Below, piece by piece: positions 30,922-39,915 of a DNA stretch of 64,000 bases. Both the position numbers and the translations under genes were made by a program. How positions within the stretch are numbered: the first letter of the stretch is position 1; every line of letters starts with the position of its first letter. The notes under the pieces were generated by a model. That model did not search any database and was not told where the DNA came from. It was given only the letters and a program-made list of their open reading frames with translations. Source of the stretch: Planctomycetota bacterium (lineage in GTDB: Bacteria; Planctomycetota; SZUA-567; H5-PLA8); the NCBI GenBank assembly GCA_045863855.1, contig BTVV01000019.1, positions 1 through 64,000 on the forward strand. The letters run 5' to 3'.

Positions 30922-31725
30922 ATGGCAGGCTGGTTTTTTTCGATTCGAGGCAAGGCGCCGCGTGCGACGGGCGTGCTGCTGGGTTTGGTCCCGGTAGCGG
31001 CGCTCCTGGGTTTGTGGTTCGTGCTGACACACGGCGAAGTGGAAGAGCGCTCGATCAGCCCGACGATCCTGCCAAGCCCCTCGGAAGTCTGGTCGCAGAT
31101 CCCGGCCTTACGCGACCGCGAGCTGATCAAGCACACGCTGGCAAGCTTGAAGCGCGTGGGCTTGGGCTACCTGCTGGCGCTGGCGGTCACCTTTCCGCTG
31201 GGCGTGCTGATTGGGTCCTTCGGCAGCGCGCGCGCCCTCTTCAACCCGGCCATGACCGCCAGCGGGTACATTCCCATCGCGACCCTGGTGCCGCTGACGA
31301 TGAGCTGGTTCGGGACCGGCGAGCAGATGAAGATCATCTTCCTGGCGCTGGCCTTCGCGATCTACATGCTGCCCCTGTTCGTGAACGCCATCGACGCGGT
31401 GCCGGACGTGTATTTGCGCACGGCGGCGACGCTGGGCGCGAGCCGCTGGGACCAGGTCTGGAGCGTGCTGATTCCGGTGGCGCTGCCGGATATCTGGAAC
31501 GCGATGCGCCTGGCCTTCGGCGTGGGCTGGACGTACTTGGTGCTGGCCGAAGTGGTAGTGCTGGACGACGGGCTGGGCTACTTGGTCGAATTCTCGCGCC
31601 GGCGCGGCCCGCGAGAGCACATCTACCTGATCATTGTGGTGATCACGCTGATTGCCTGGGTGGTGGACTTGGCCTGGGCGAACTTAGGCAAGGTCCTGTT
31701 CCCCTATCGGAGCGATCGGCGATGA
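30922..31725 (+). CDS. ABC transporter permease (NitT/TauT/SsuC type)
   Basis: ILPSPSEV, SLKRVGLGY, AATLGASRW (EAA-like loop), GVGWTYLVLAE. Confidence 0.93.
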   Translation: MAGWFFSIRGKAPRATGVLLGLVPVAALLGLWFVLTHGEVEERSISPTILPSPSEVWSQIPALRDRELIKHTLASLKRVGLGYLLALAVTFPLGVLIGSFGSARALFNPAMTASGYIPIATLVPLTMSWFGTGEQMKIIFLALAFAIYMLPLFVNAIDAVPDVYLRTAATLGASRWDQVWSVLIPVALPDIWNAMRLAFGVGWTYLVLAEVVVLDDGLGYLVEFSRRRGPREHIYLIIVVITLIAWVVDLAWANLGKVLFPYRSDRR

Positions 31726-32573
31726 GCGAGATCAAGGCTCCGCGCACCGGACTTCCGGGATCGGTTGCGACGCCGATCGTCGAATGCCGCAACGTTACCT
31801 TAAGCTTCGGAACCTTTACCGCGCTTCTGGATTTGAACCTGAAGGTTGAAGATCACCTTGGCAAGGGTGAGTTCATCACCATCGTGGGGCCTTCGGGCTG
31901 CGGTAAATCGACGTATCTGAACCTCGTGGCGGGTTTCCTGAAGCCGACCGCAGGCGAAGTGCTGGTGCGCGGCGAGCCGGTCAAGAGCCCCGGGCGCGAC
32001 CGAGGCTTCATCTTCCAGCAGTACAGTTCCTTCCCGCACCTGACGGTGCGCCAAAACGTCCAGTTCGGCCTGAATCTGAACTGGAGCGAGATGGGGATGA
32101 CGGCGGCCGAGCAGCGCGACCGCGTGGAAGACTTGATCGCGACGGTTGGCTTGGCCGATCACGCGAAGAAGTATCCGCACCAATTGAGCGGCGGGCAGCA
32201 ACAGCGGGTGGCCATCGCGCGTTCGCTGGCCATGGAACCGCGCATCTTGCTGATGGACGAGCCGTTCTCGGCGCTGGACGAACCGACGCGCCTGGACATG
32301 CAGGAACTGGTGCTGAAACTCTGGTCGCGCATTCACCCGACGGTCTTCTGCATCACGCACAGCATCACGGAAGCGGTGTACCTGGGCGAACATGTCTGGA
32401 TCTTCAGCAACGCGCCAGGGCAGATCGCGTACGACATTCGCGAAGGCATCCCGGCCACGCTGGACGTTCCGCCACTGGAAGCGCAGGAAAAGCCGGCCTT
32501 TAAGGAAGCGGTACGAGCGGTCACGGAGGCGTTTCGGCGGGTGAGCGAAGGCGCGCACCCGAAACGGGCCTAA
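31722..32573 (+). CDS. ABC transporter ATP-binding protein (NitT/TauT type)
   Basis: ATGA overlap with the permease stop; GPSGCGKST, LSGGQQQRV, LLMDEPFSALD, ITHS. Confidence 0.95.
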   Translation: MSEIKAPRTGLPGSVATPIVECRNVTLSFGTFTALLDLNLKVEDHLGKGEFITIVGPSGCGKSTYLNLVAGFLKPTAGEVLVRGEPVKSPGRDRGFIFQQYSSFPHLTVRQNVQFGLNLNWSEMGMTAAEQRDRVEDLIATVGLADHAKKYPHQLSGGQQQRVAIARSLAMEPRILLMDEPFSALDEPTRLDMQELVLKLWSRIHPTVFCITHSITEAVYLGEHVWIFSNAPGQIAYDIREGIPATLDVPPLEAQEKPAFKEAVRAVTEAFRRVSEGAHPKRA

Positions 32574-32626
32574 CCCCGGTTTCCCTGCACGTGGCAATAG
32601 CCGGTCCGGGCCTTAGAATGCAGCGC

Positions 32627-33481
32627 ATGAAACCGGGCTTCTGGGATTACGTCAAAGCGGCCTTCAACGCGCGCCCCGCGGGCATGTTTGTGCCGCCAAA
32701 CTGGGTGGGCTTGGGAGCCTTCGGACTGTTGGGCTTGGTCAATCCGGGTTTCTGGGTCATCGGCGCCGGCCTGGAACTGGGCTACCTCTACACCCTTGGG
32801 ACGAACAAACGCTTCCAGCGCGTGGTGGACGCGAATGCGCTTAAAAAGAGCCAGAAGTCCTGGATCGACCGCAAAAACGATCTGCTCGGGCGGCTCGACG
32901 GCGAAAGCCGGGCATTGTACCGGCGGCTGGAAGAGCGCTGCCAGACGATCCTGAGCCAGTCGTACGGCGGGACGGCGGCGCCCTCGACAAGCTTGAAAGC
33001 TCAGAGCGACGGGCTGGCCCGGCTGCTCTGGATCTACCTCAAATTGCTGTTCACGCGGCAGCAGATCCGGCACGGCGTGCTGAACGAATCCTCGGGCGAC
33101 CGCGACGAGATCAAGCAGCGCATCGCGGACTTGGAGACAAAGCTGAAAGACGAAAATCTCGCCGATAATCTCAAGAAAAGCCTGAGCGGCCAGATGGAAA
33201 TTCTGCAGCAGCGCCTGACCAAACGCGAAGAAGCGCAGGAGAAGCTGGACTTTCTGGACGCCGAACTAACCCGCATCGAAGAACAGGCGGAACTGATTCG
33301 CGAACAGGCGGTGCTGAGCACCGATCCGGACTCGGTCTCGAACCGGATCGACGAAGTCACGGCGGCGCTGGACGGCACGGCGAGTTGGATTCAACAGCAG
33401 CAGAAACTGTACGGCGCGGTGGAAGACCTGATGGTGGATGCGCCCCCGATCTCGGTCGGCCCGGTGGCGGAGGAAGCCTGA
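32627..33481 (+). CDS. Membrane-anchored coiled-coil hypothetical protein
   Basis: N-terminal hydrophobic hairpin then a long heptad-rich helical region; TGATG coupling to the AAA gene. Start could be 32618. Confidence 0.8.
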   Translation: MKPGFWDYVKAAFNARPAGMFVPPNWVGLGAFGLLGLVNPGFWVIGAGLELGYLYTLGTNKRFQRVVDANALKKSQKSWIDRKNDLLGRLDGESRALYRRLEERCQTILSQSYGGTAAPSTSLKAQSDGLARLLWIYLKLLFTRQQIRHGVLNESSGDRDEIKQRIADLETKLKDENLADNLKKSLSGQMEILQQRLTKREEAQEKLDFLDAELTRIEEQAELIREQAVLSTDPDSVSNRIDEVTAALDGTASWIQQQQKLYGAVEDLMVDAPPISVGPVAEEA

Positions 33482-35214
33482 TGAGCGGCGAACTGGCGGG
33501 CTGGGCGGAGGAGATGCGTTCGCTGTTCCGTTCGGGGAGCGTGGCGCAGTTCATCCTGCACGGCAACATCTTCGACCTCTTCCCCGCCCCGGGCGGCGCC
33601 AAGCGCACACTCTCCTTGAAGCAATACCTCCAGGAAGTGATGTTCGGCGGCTACGATACGATCCTGACCTACGACCGCGGCAAGGGCGTGCGGGCGGTGA
33701 AGGGCGGCGAGGACTGGGGCGAGTGGCTGGAGCAGTTGACCGGCGAGGAAGACAAGCTCTCGGTGGCGCAGCTTCGTGACAGCTACCGCGCACTGGAGCT
33801 GATCGACCGCTATCTGCTGCGAACCATGAACCTGCAGGCGCTGACCAAGGGCAAAGCGCAGAAGGTGCCCACTAAAATCGCGGTCCTGATCGAATTCGCG
33901 GAGTTCGTCGCGCCGCGCGGCGATCCGTTGCAGCTTTCGGGCAACTTCAGCACCAACATCGTCAAGATCTTGGGCTGGGCGAACGATCCGGCAATCCTGC
34001 AGTGCAACATCGCGACGGTGCTGCTCACCGAGGGTTTGCACGATCTGAACGAGCTGCTGGTGGAGAACCCGCACGCCTCGAAACTGCACGTACCCCTGCC
34101 CGACGAACGGGAGATGAAGGAATACCTCGAGGTCATGACCGAGACCCAGTTCCCGGCGCTGCCCTCGAAATGCGAAGTCCCCATGGATGCGCTGGCGCAG
34201 CGGATGACCGGCTTGAGCCGCGTCGGGGCGCGCACGGTCCTGGCCACCGCGCTGAACAACGACAAGCCGATCACCGCAAAGTGGCTCTCGAACATGAAGA
34301 AGGAGATGATCGAGCGCGAATGTGCGGGGCTTCTGGAGTTCATCGAGTCGGATTGGACGCTGGAGCACGTGGCGGGGCTGGACGCGGCGAAGCAGTGGCT
34401 GCGCGAGGACGGCGAACTGCTGCGTAAGCAGAAACTCCATGCGCTGCCGATGGGCTACCTCATCGCGGGGCGAATCGGGACCGGCAAAACGTTTCTGGTG
34501 CGCTGCTGGGCGGGCGAACTGGGCATCCCGTGCGTGGTCTTCAAAAACTTCCGCGACCGCTGGGTGGGTGCGACGGAATCGAACCTCGAGAAGATTTTCG
34601 GCATTCTGCGTGCGCTGGGGCAGGTGCTGGTCTTCGTCGACGAAGCCGACCAGGCCGCGGGCAAGCGCGAGGGCGGCAGCGGCGACAGCGGCCTGTCGGG
34701 CCGCGTGTATTCGATGCTCGCGAAAGAGATGTCGGACACCGCCAATCGCGGCAAGATCGTCTGGATCTTCGCCACCAGCCGTCCGGACCTGCTGGAAGTG
34801 GACCTGAAGCGTCAGGGCCGCCTGGACGTCCATATCCCGCTCTTCGCGCCGCAGACGGCCGACGAGATGAAAGTGCTTCTGAGCGCGGTGGCGAAGAAGC
34901 TCAAGTTCCCGCTCAAGACCGAAGACCTGCCGGATCTGCCAGAAGGCCTGCAGTTGGGCGGCAACGAGCTGGAAGGCATACTGGTCCGTGCGCTGCGCGT
35001 GTACGAACTGTCGGAGCCCAAGAAGCCGCTGAAAGAAATCCTGGGCGACGTGATCAAGGAAGTGCGTCCCAGCGCGCATTCGCGCAAACTGGAATACATG
35101 GATCTGGTGGCGGTCAAAGAATGCACGGACTCGCGATTCCTCCCCGAGCGCTTCCAGAAACTCTCTCCGGAAGAATTGGAATTCCGAATCGACGAACTGC
35201 GCCGATTTGTATAA
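33481..35214 (+). CDS. AAA+ ATPase (classical clade; degenerate N-terminal module plus active C-terminal module)
   Basis: Walker A GRIGTGKT, pore loop DRWVGATE, Walker B VFVDEAD, sensor 1 ATSRP, Arg finger RQGRLD. Confidence 0.92.
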   Translation: MSGELAGWAEEMRSLFRSGSVAQFILHGNIFDLFPAPGGAKRTLSLKQYLQEVMFGGYDTILTYDRGKGVRAVKGGEDWGEWLEQLTGEEDKLSVAQLRDSYRALELIDRYLLRTMNLQALTKGKAQKVPTKIAVLIEFAEFVAPRGDPLQLSGNFSTNIVKILGWANDPAILQCNIATVLLTEGLHDLNELLVENPHASKLHVPLPDEREMKEYLEVMTETQFPALPSKCEVPMDALAQRMTGLSRVGARTVLATALNNDKPITAKWLSNMKKEMIERECAGLLEFIESDWTLEHVAGLDAAKQWLREDGELLRKQKLHALPMGYLIAGRIGTGKTFLVRCWAGELGIPCVVFKNFRDRWVGATESNLEKIFGILRALGQVLVFVDEADQAAGKREGGSGDSGLSGRVYSMLAKEMSDTANRGKIVWIFATSRPDLLEVDLKRQGRLDVHIPLFAPQTADEMKVLLSAVAKKLKFPLKTEDLPDLPEGLQLGGNELEGILVRALRVYELSEPKKPLKEILGDVIKEVRPSAHSRKLEYMDLVAVKECTDSRFLPERFQKLSPEELEFRIDELRRFV

Positions 35215-35300
35215 CGAAATGCGCGGGCGGGGGCCGCCGGCGGTGTAATCCGGGTAGCGCGGCGTAACGGCTGAATCGAGAACCCCGGGAAGCCCATGCT

Positions 35301-38123
35301 ATGAAGCCGATGACCTGCTGGACGTTGATATGCGCGTTGCCCGCCTTGGCGCTGGCCGCACATGAAGAGGCTTCGCTGATCGATGGCGCTCAGCCCTTGG
35401 GCGGGTGGAGTTTCCTGAACGGCCCCGAATTCCCGGGCGCCAAGGGCGAACTGGCGCTGCTGCCGGACGCCGCGGGGGACGGGCAACCCGGATTGAAGCT
35501 TTCCGGCGATTTCACCGGCGGCGGAAATTACGTGCAAGCCACCCGGGAGTTCAAGAGCGCCGGGGCGGAGCGGCTTTCCTTCAAGCTCAAGGCGCCGGGC
35601 ACCACGAAGCTGACCATCCGGCTGATCGACGACAGCCAGCAATGCCACCAGATCGATCTGAAGTTCGAGCCGCGCGACGACTGGCGCGAGATCGATTTCC
35701 CCTTGGCTGAATTCTTCAAACGCATGGGCACTTCGGCCGCGGTGCCGAACGTTTCGCGCTACGAGAAATGGGGCGGCAAAAACGATGGCAAATTCCACGC
35801 TCCGGCCCGCGCGATGGGCATTCTGGTGAGCAAACATACGAAGCCCAACGACCTGAAGCCCGTGATAGAACTGAGCGGCATCCGCATCCTGGGCGCGGCT
35901 TCGGCGTATGCGGAGAATTTCGAATCGGCCGCGGCGCTGCCGCAAGGCTGGTCGGCCAAGGGCGCAGTCTCGGTTGAGGCAGTAGGCGCACCCCAAGGCA
36001 AGCATGCGCTCAAGTTGAGCCGCGCGCTCGAAAATTTGCAGGACGAGACCGGCGCCGTCGCCGCGGCCTTCACGGCCGCACCAGGCTTTTGGGCGATTCG
36101 CGGAACAACCCGGACGGAACTGAATTCGCCGGACAGTTCGTACAACCTGACGGTCGGTGTGGAGGCGCTCAAAACCGGGGGCGGCGTGATCGAGACGCTG
36201 GCGGTGCACGAGCCCTTCGGCAGGACGAGTTGGACGGCGTTCGAGAAGAAAGTCGAATTGCCCGCGGGTACCGCGGCGGCACGCCTGACCGTGCGCTTGA
36301 ACAAGGCCGATGGCGCGGCGTGGATCGACGAACTGTCGGTTGCGCCGATCGCGCAGGATTACGAAAAGCGAGTGGAGCGGATCGTGATCTCTTCAGGGCG
36401 GCTTGGACACCTTTTTCTGCCCGACGACAAGCCGGTATTCCAAGTGCAGGTGGAGACCGTACGCGCGTTGCGCGAGCCCGAAGCGCGGCTGTCGTTCGCG
36501 GTGCTGGATTATTGGGGCGCTGAGCAGGCCGCTTCCGCAGAAACGAAACTCATCGAAAAGCAAAAGACGGGGCAGAACGTGACGTACTCCGCCGAGGTGG
36601 ACCTTTCCGGATTACCGCTGGAAGTAGGCCGCTACTACGAATTGCACCTCGGCGTGCCGCGCGAAAAGGGGCCGGAAGAAACCGAATACGCCGGCTTCGC
36701 GAAGCTGCCTGAGGCCGTTACGGCAAAGCACAAACCGGAGGATCTGCCGTTCACGATCCGCAACTGGGACAATCGCGTGCCAGACTATCTGCGCCTTTCG
36801 GCGCGTTTGGGCATCCGAACCATCGGGCTCTGGTGCGGCTGGGACTCGAAGGCGCCGTACAAGCCGAACGCGCCCTGCCTGGACTTGTGCCAGGAACTCG
36901 GTGCACGCTGGATCTCCACGACTCCGGCGGCTTCGGTGGAGCGCGTGGGGTTCAAGGAGTACGACGAGACGGCGTTGCGCGAAGGGATGCGGAATTTCCT
37001 TAAGACGTTCGGCGACAAAAAACCGTACCTTATCGCGCTGGGCAACGAACCCCATGGCAAACTGGAGAAGGTAAAGGAGAATGTCCGCGCCTATCGGATT
37101 CTCTACGAAGCGATCAAGGCGCACGATCCGGAAATCTTCGTGATCGGCACCTCGGTGGAACCGAACGAAGACTACTTCAATCTCGGCTACTACAAATACC
37201 TCGACGCCTACGATTTCCACATTTACGAGCATCACACCAACGTGCGCAAGACGATGCAGGCCTACAAAAATTTGATGGAGCGACATAACGCGGTGAAACC
37301 GCTGTACTCGACGGAACTGGGCCTAAACAGCCAGGGTCAGCCGCGCCACGACGTGGCGGTAAGCCTGGTGAAAAAGCTGACGGTCTTCTTCGCGGAGGGC
37401 GGCGCGAACGTCTCCTGGTTCACGATCAATTACCCCGATCCGAAAGGCAAAGCGCGCGGCTCGTCGGGCGACTCGCACTGCGTATTCGACTGCAAGTACA
37501 GCAAATACAATCCGCGCCTCGACGCGGTGATGTACTACTGGATGGTGAACGGGATCGAGGTCAAGAAATTCGTGCAAGAGCGCGTGTACGCGGACGGAAC
37601 CGAAGCCTACCTGTTTCGAGATGCGGAAGGCCAGTGCCTGCAGATTCTATGGAACGAGAAAGCTGCGCCGGTCGTGGCGCTGGGGCTGCCCGGGGTGGCC
37701 CGTGCCGAACTGATTCGCATCGACGGCAGCCGCGCCGAGTTAAAGCCTTTGGACGGAAAGCTGAATGTAGGCGTGTCGAACGAGCCGGTTTTGCTGCGCT
37801 ACATCCAGAAGGACGGAGCGCTGGCCGAGACTTTGGGCGAGCCGGCGTTTAAAGCGGTTCCGCCGCCCAAGGCGCTGGCGAAGGGACAAACGCATGCGTT
37901 CGTACTGGAAGGCGCGAAGCTCGCGCCGGCGCAATTCCGGGCCATCGCGCCGCCGCTTTGGAAAACGGAGCTGAACGCGAAGGAAGGCGGCGGTGTCGAA
38001 TGCCGCTTGGAGATTCCGGCGGATACCCGGGCGCGCGAAGCGCGAATCACGCTTCAGTACGTCCCGTCCGATGCCGCGATGGCGGGCGAAGCCACGCTAA
38101 CGTTGCCTTTGGGCGGTCCGTGA
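35301..38123 (+). CDS. Large secreted clan GH-A-like glycoside hydrolase with CBM-like domains
   Basis: Signal peptide; two beta-sandwich regions; LGNEP acid/base, DFHIY, YSTELG nucleophile-like motif. Confidence 0.7.
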   Translation: MKPMTCWTLICALPALALAAHEEASLIDGAQPLGGWSFLNGPEFPGAKGELALLPDAAGDGQPGLKLSGDFTGGGNYVQATREFKSAGAERLSFKLKAPGTTKLTIRLIDDSQQCHQIDLKFEPRDDWREIDFPLAEFFKRMGTSAAVPNVSRYEKWGGKNDGKFHAPARAMGILVSKHTKPNDLKPVIELSGIRILGAASAYAENFESAAALPQGWSAKGAVSVEAVGAPQGKHALKLSRALENLQDETGAVAAAFTAAPGFWAIRGTTRTELNSPDSSYNLTVGVEALKTGGGVIETLAVHEPFGRTSWTAFEKKVELPAGTAAARLTVRLNKADGAAWIDELSVAPIAQDYEKRVERIVISSGRLGHLFLPDDKPVFQVQVETVRALREPEARLSFAVLDYWGAEQAASAETKLIEKQKTGQNVTYSAEVDLSGLPLEVGRYYELHLGVPREKGPEETEYAGFAKLPEAVTAKHKPEDLPFTIRNWDNRVPDYLRLSARLGIRTIGLWCGWDSKAPYKPNAPCLDLCQELGARWISTTPAASVERVGFKEYDETALREGMRNFLKTFGDKKPYLIALGNEPHGKLEKVKENVRAYRILYEAIKAHDPEIFVIGTSVEPNEDYFNLGYYKYLDAYDFHIYEHHTNVRKTMQAYKNLMERHNAVKPLYSTELGLNSQGQPRHDVAVSLVKKLTVFFAEGGANVSWFTINYPDPKGKARGSSGDSHCVFDCKYSKYNPRLDAVMYYWMVNGIEVKKFVQERVYADGTEAYLFRDAEGQCLQILWNEKAAPVVALGLPGVARAELIRIDGSRAELKPLDGKLNVGVSNEPVLLRYIQKDGALAETLGEPAFKAVPPPKALAKGQTHAFVLEGAKLAPAQFRAIAPPLWKTELNAKEGGGVECRLEIPADTRAREARITLQYVPSDAAMAGEATLTLPLGGP

Positions 38124-38198
38124 AACACCGATCGGTTCTTGGCCAACGGCCGCGCACGGCATAGGGTTTAGGGCCAAATCGCATCGAGGAGCTTCGCC

Positions 38199-38861
38199 AT
38201 GTCCTTGTCCGACAAGCTTTTTGCCTTGGGCGGAAAGCTCGGCATTTTAAAAGTATCGGCTCCCAAAGTAGCCGCTGCGCAGCAAGCGGGCCCCGTGAAG
38301 TTGCAGATGCGTACCATCACGCTGGCGGAGTTGTCGCGCGAAGTGAATGCTCCGGGCTTGCAACACTTGGCCCAGCAGCCCGATTTCCTCGCCGCGCCGC
38401 TATCCGATATCTACGTGGCGGCGGGGCTGCATCCGCCTGAAAACGGATGGGGCGTGGAGCGCCTGACCGAACATCTGAAAAGCCCGGCTTTGAATGGACT
38501 TTCGCGCGCCGAGGTTCAGGCCGAACTGTCGGGCATGTTCGTCTCTCCGGCGTCGGTGGAGGACGTGCTGCGCGAAGCCTTGGGGCGCGACCAGGCGCTG
38601 GACCGCTTCGAGGCCGTGGCCAAGCAGAAGCTCGAAGAACGCGCGGCTCGGCGCGCAAAGGAAGTAGCCGACCTGGAGCAGCGCATCGTCGAGTTGCAGG
38701 CGGCGCTGGGCAAACTCAAGCAGGAAGCCGCTGCGGCGGCGGCGCTCGATGCCGAACACTGGAACGCTTGGTTGGCGGCTAAAGATGCGGCTGAGGCGGA
38801 ACTGGAGTGGACCGTTAGCTTCCTGACCGAAAAGCCCATTGTCACGAGAAACGGCTCTTGA
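38199..38861 (+). CDS. Hypothetical helical/coiled-coil protein upstream of pspA-like gene
   Basis: RBS GAGGAG; amphipathic N-terminus; C-terminal heptads (EVADLEQRIVELQAALGKLKQE). Confidence 0.75.
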   Translation: MSLSDKLFALGGKLGILKVSAPKVAAAQQAGPVKLQMRTITLAELSREVNAPGLQHLAQQPDFLAAPLSDIYVAAGLHPPENGWGVERLTEHLKSPALNGLSRAEVQAELSGMFVSPASVEDVLREALGRDQALDRFEAVAKQKLEERAARRAKEVADLEQRIVELQAALGKLKQEAAAAAALDAEHWNAWLAAKDAAEAELEWTVSFLTEKPIVTRNGS

Positions 38862-38972
38862 CCGAACCGACCGGCCTTGGATTTCAGCCCGGGTTCGCCG
38901 AAAGCCTTAAATCTCTATTCTGATACATAGTGCGGACCCGCAGGACCGGCTAAAAGGTGGGGCCGGAAAGGC

Positions 38973-39001
38973 TTGTGAGCGGCGCACCGGCTGGCTACAA
39001 T
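38973..39001 (+). promoter_or_regulatory. Sigma70-like promoter for the pspA-like gene
   Basis: TTGTGA (38973-38978)-N17-TACAAT (38996-39001), 40 nt before ATG 39042. Confidence 0.5.
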
Positions 39002-39041
39002 GCCTGCATTGCTGCTTACTCGAAGAAGGAATACAAGCGCC

Positions 39042-39842
39042 ATGGCTTTCTTTGCGCGTATCGGACGTTTGTTCAAGGGCTTTCTGGGCCTCTTCGTCAG
39101 CGGCCTGGAAGAAGCCAACCCCGAAGCCTTGATGGAGGCTGCGCGGCAGGAATTCCGCGACAAGATGGCGCAATACAACATGGCGCTGGCGCGGATGGCC
39201 GGCATCGCCGAACGTCTCAAGACCCAAATCAAGACCAAAAGCACGAAGCTGAAGGATCTGGAGCGGCGGGTGCTGGCCAACCACCGTGCAGGGAACCTGC
39301 AACTCGCCGGTTCGTTGGCACGCGAGCTTCAAGAAACCCGCGCCGACCTCGAAAACGATACGGCCGAATTGAAGGATACCGAAGAGGCCTATACGGCCAA
39401 TCTGCGCCAGGCGAAGGTCGTCCAGAAAGAGTTCGAAGAAAAGGTCCGCCGCCTGGAGAAGCAGCTCTCGCAGGTGAAGATCAAGGAAGCGCAAGCCGAA
39501 GCGGCCGCGGCGCTGGGCAGCGTATCGTTCGAAATCGGCGACATGGGCGACACGATGAAGACGGTGGAGGAGGTTCTGAACAAGCGCTACGAAGTATCGG
39601 CGGGCAAAGCGCGAGTAGCCAAGGACATCGTGGACATGGAAAAACTGAACGCCAAGGAAAGCGAAGAGAAGGCGCTGGAGTCCGCGGCGCTGGCGGAATT
39701 CCTGGCCGAGCAAGGTATCCAGGCTCCGGGTTTGCCCGATGCGGCGCAGAAGGAGATGGGACCCGGCGCCACCGAAGCCGCTCCGGGCGTGAAAGAAATG
39801 GGACCGGCGAGTCAGTCGGAAAGCCCCCAAGCCGGTTCTTAG
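39042..39842 (+). CDS. PspA/IM30 (Vipp1, ESCRT-III superfamily) protein
   Basis: Amphipathic MAFFARIGRLFKGFLG, LEEANPEALME, long coiled-coil hairpin, ARVAKD, ALAEF, disordered tail. Confidence 0.88.
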   Translation: MAFFARIGRLFKGFLGLFVSGLEEANPEALMEAARQEFRDKMAQYNMALARMAGIAERLKTQIKTKSTKLKDLERRVLANHRAGNLQLAGSLARELQETRADLENDTAELKDTEEAYTANLRQAKVVQKEFEEKVRRLEKQLSQVKIKEAQAEAAAALGSVSFEIGDMGDTMKTVEEVLNKRYEVSAGKARVAKDIVDMEKLNAKESEEKALESAALAEFLAEQGIQAPGLPDAAQKEMGPGATEAAPGVKEMGPASQSESPQAGS

Positions 39843-39915
39843 CCCGTGCGCAAGACGGCTGTACTCAATGCATCTGCGATTTCGAATCGTCAAAACGTAA
39901 ACGCGAGGAACCATC

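Noticed and set aside
30897..31721. N-terminal 275-aa extension of the ABC ATPase ORF
   Set aside because: Overlaps the permease in another frame; the real start is the ATGA-coupled ATG at 31722. Similar over-extensions were trimmed at 49479, 54931 and 33385.
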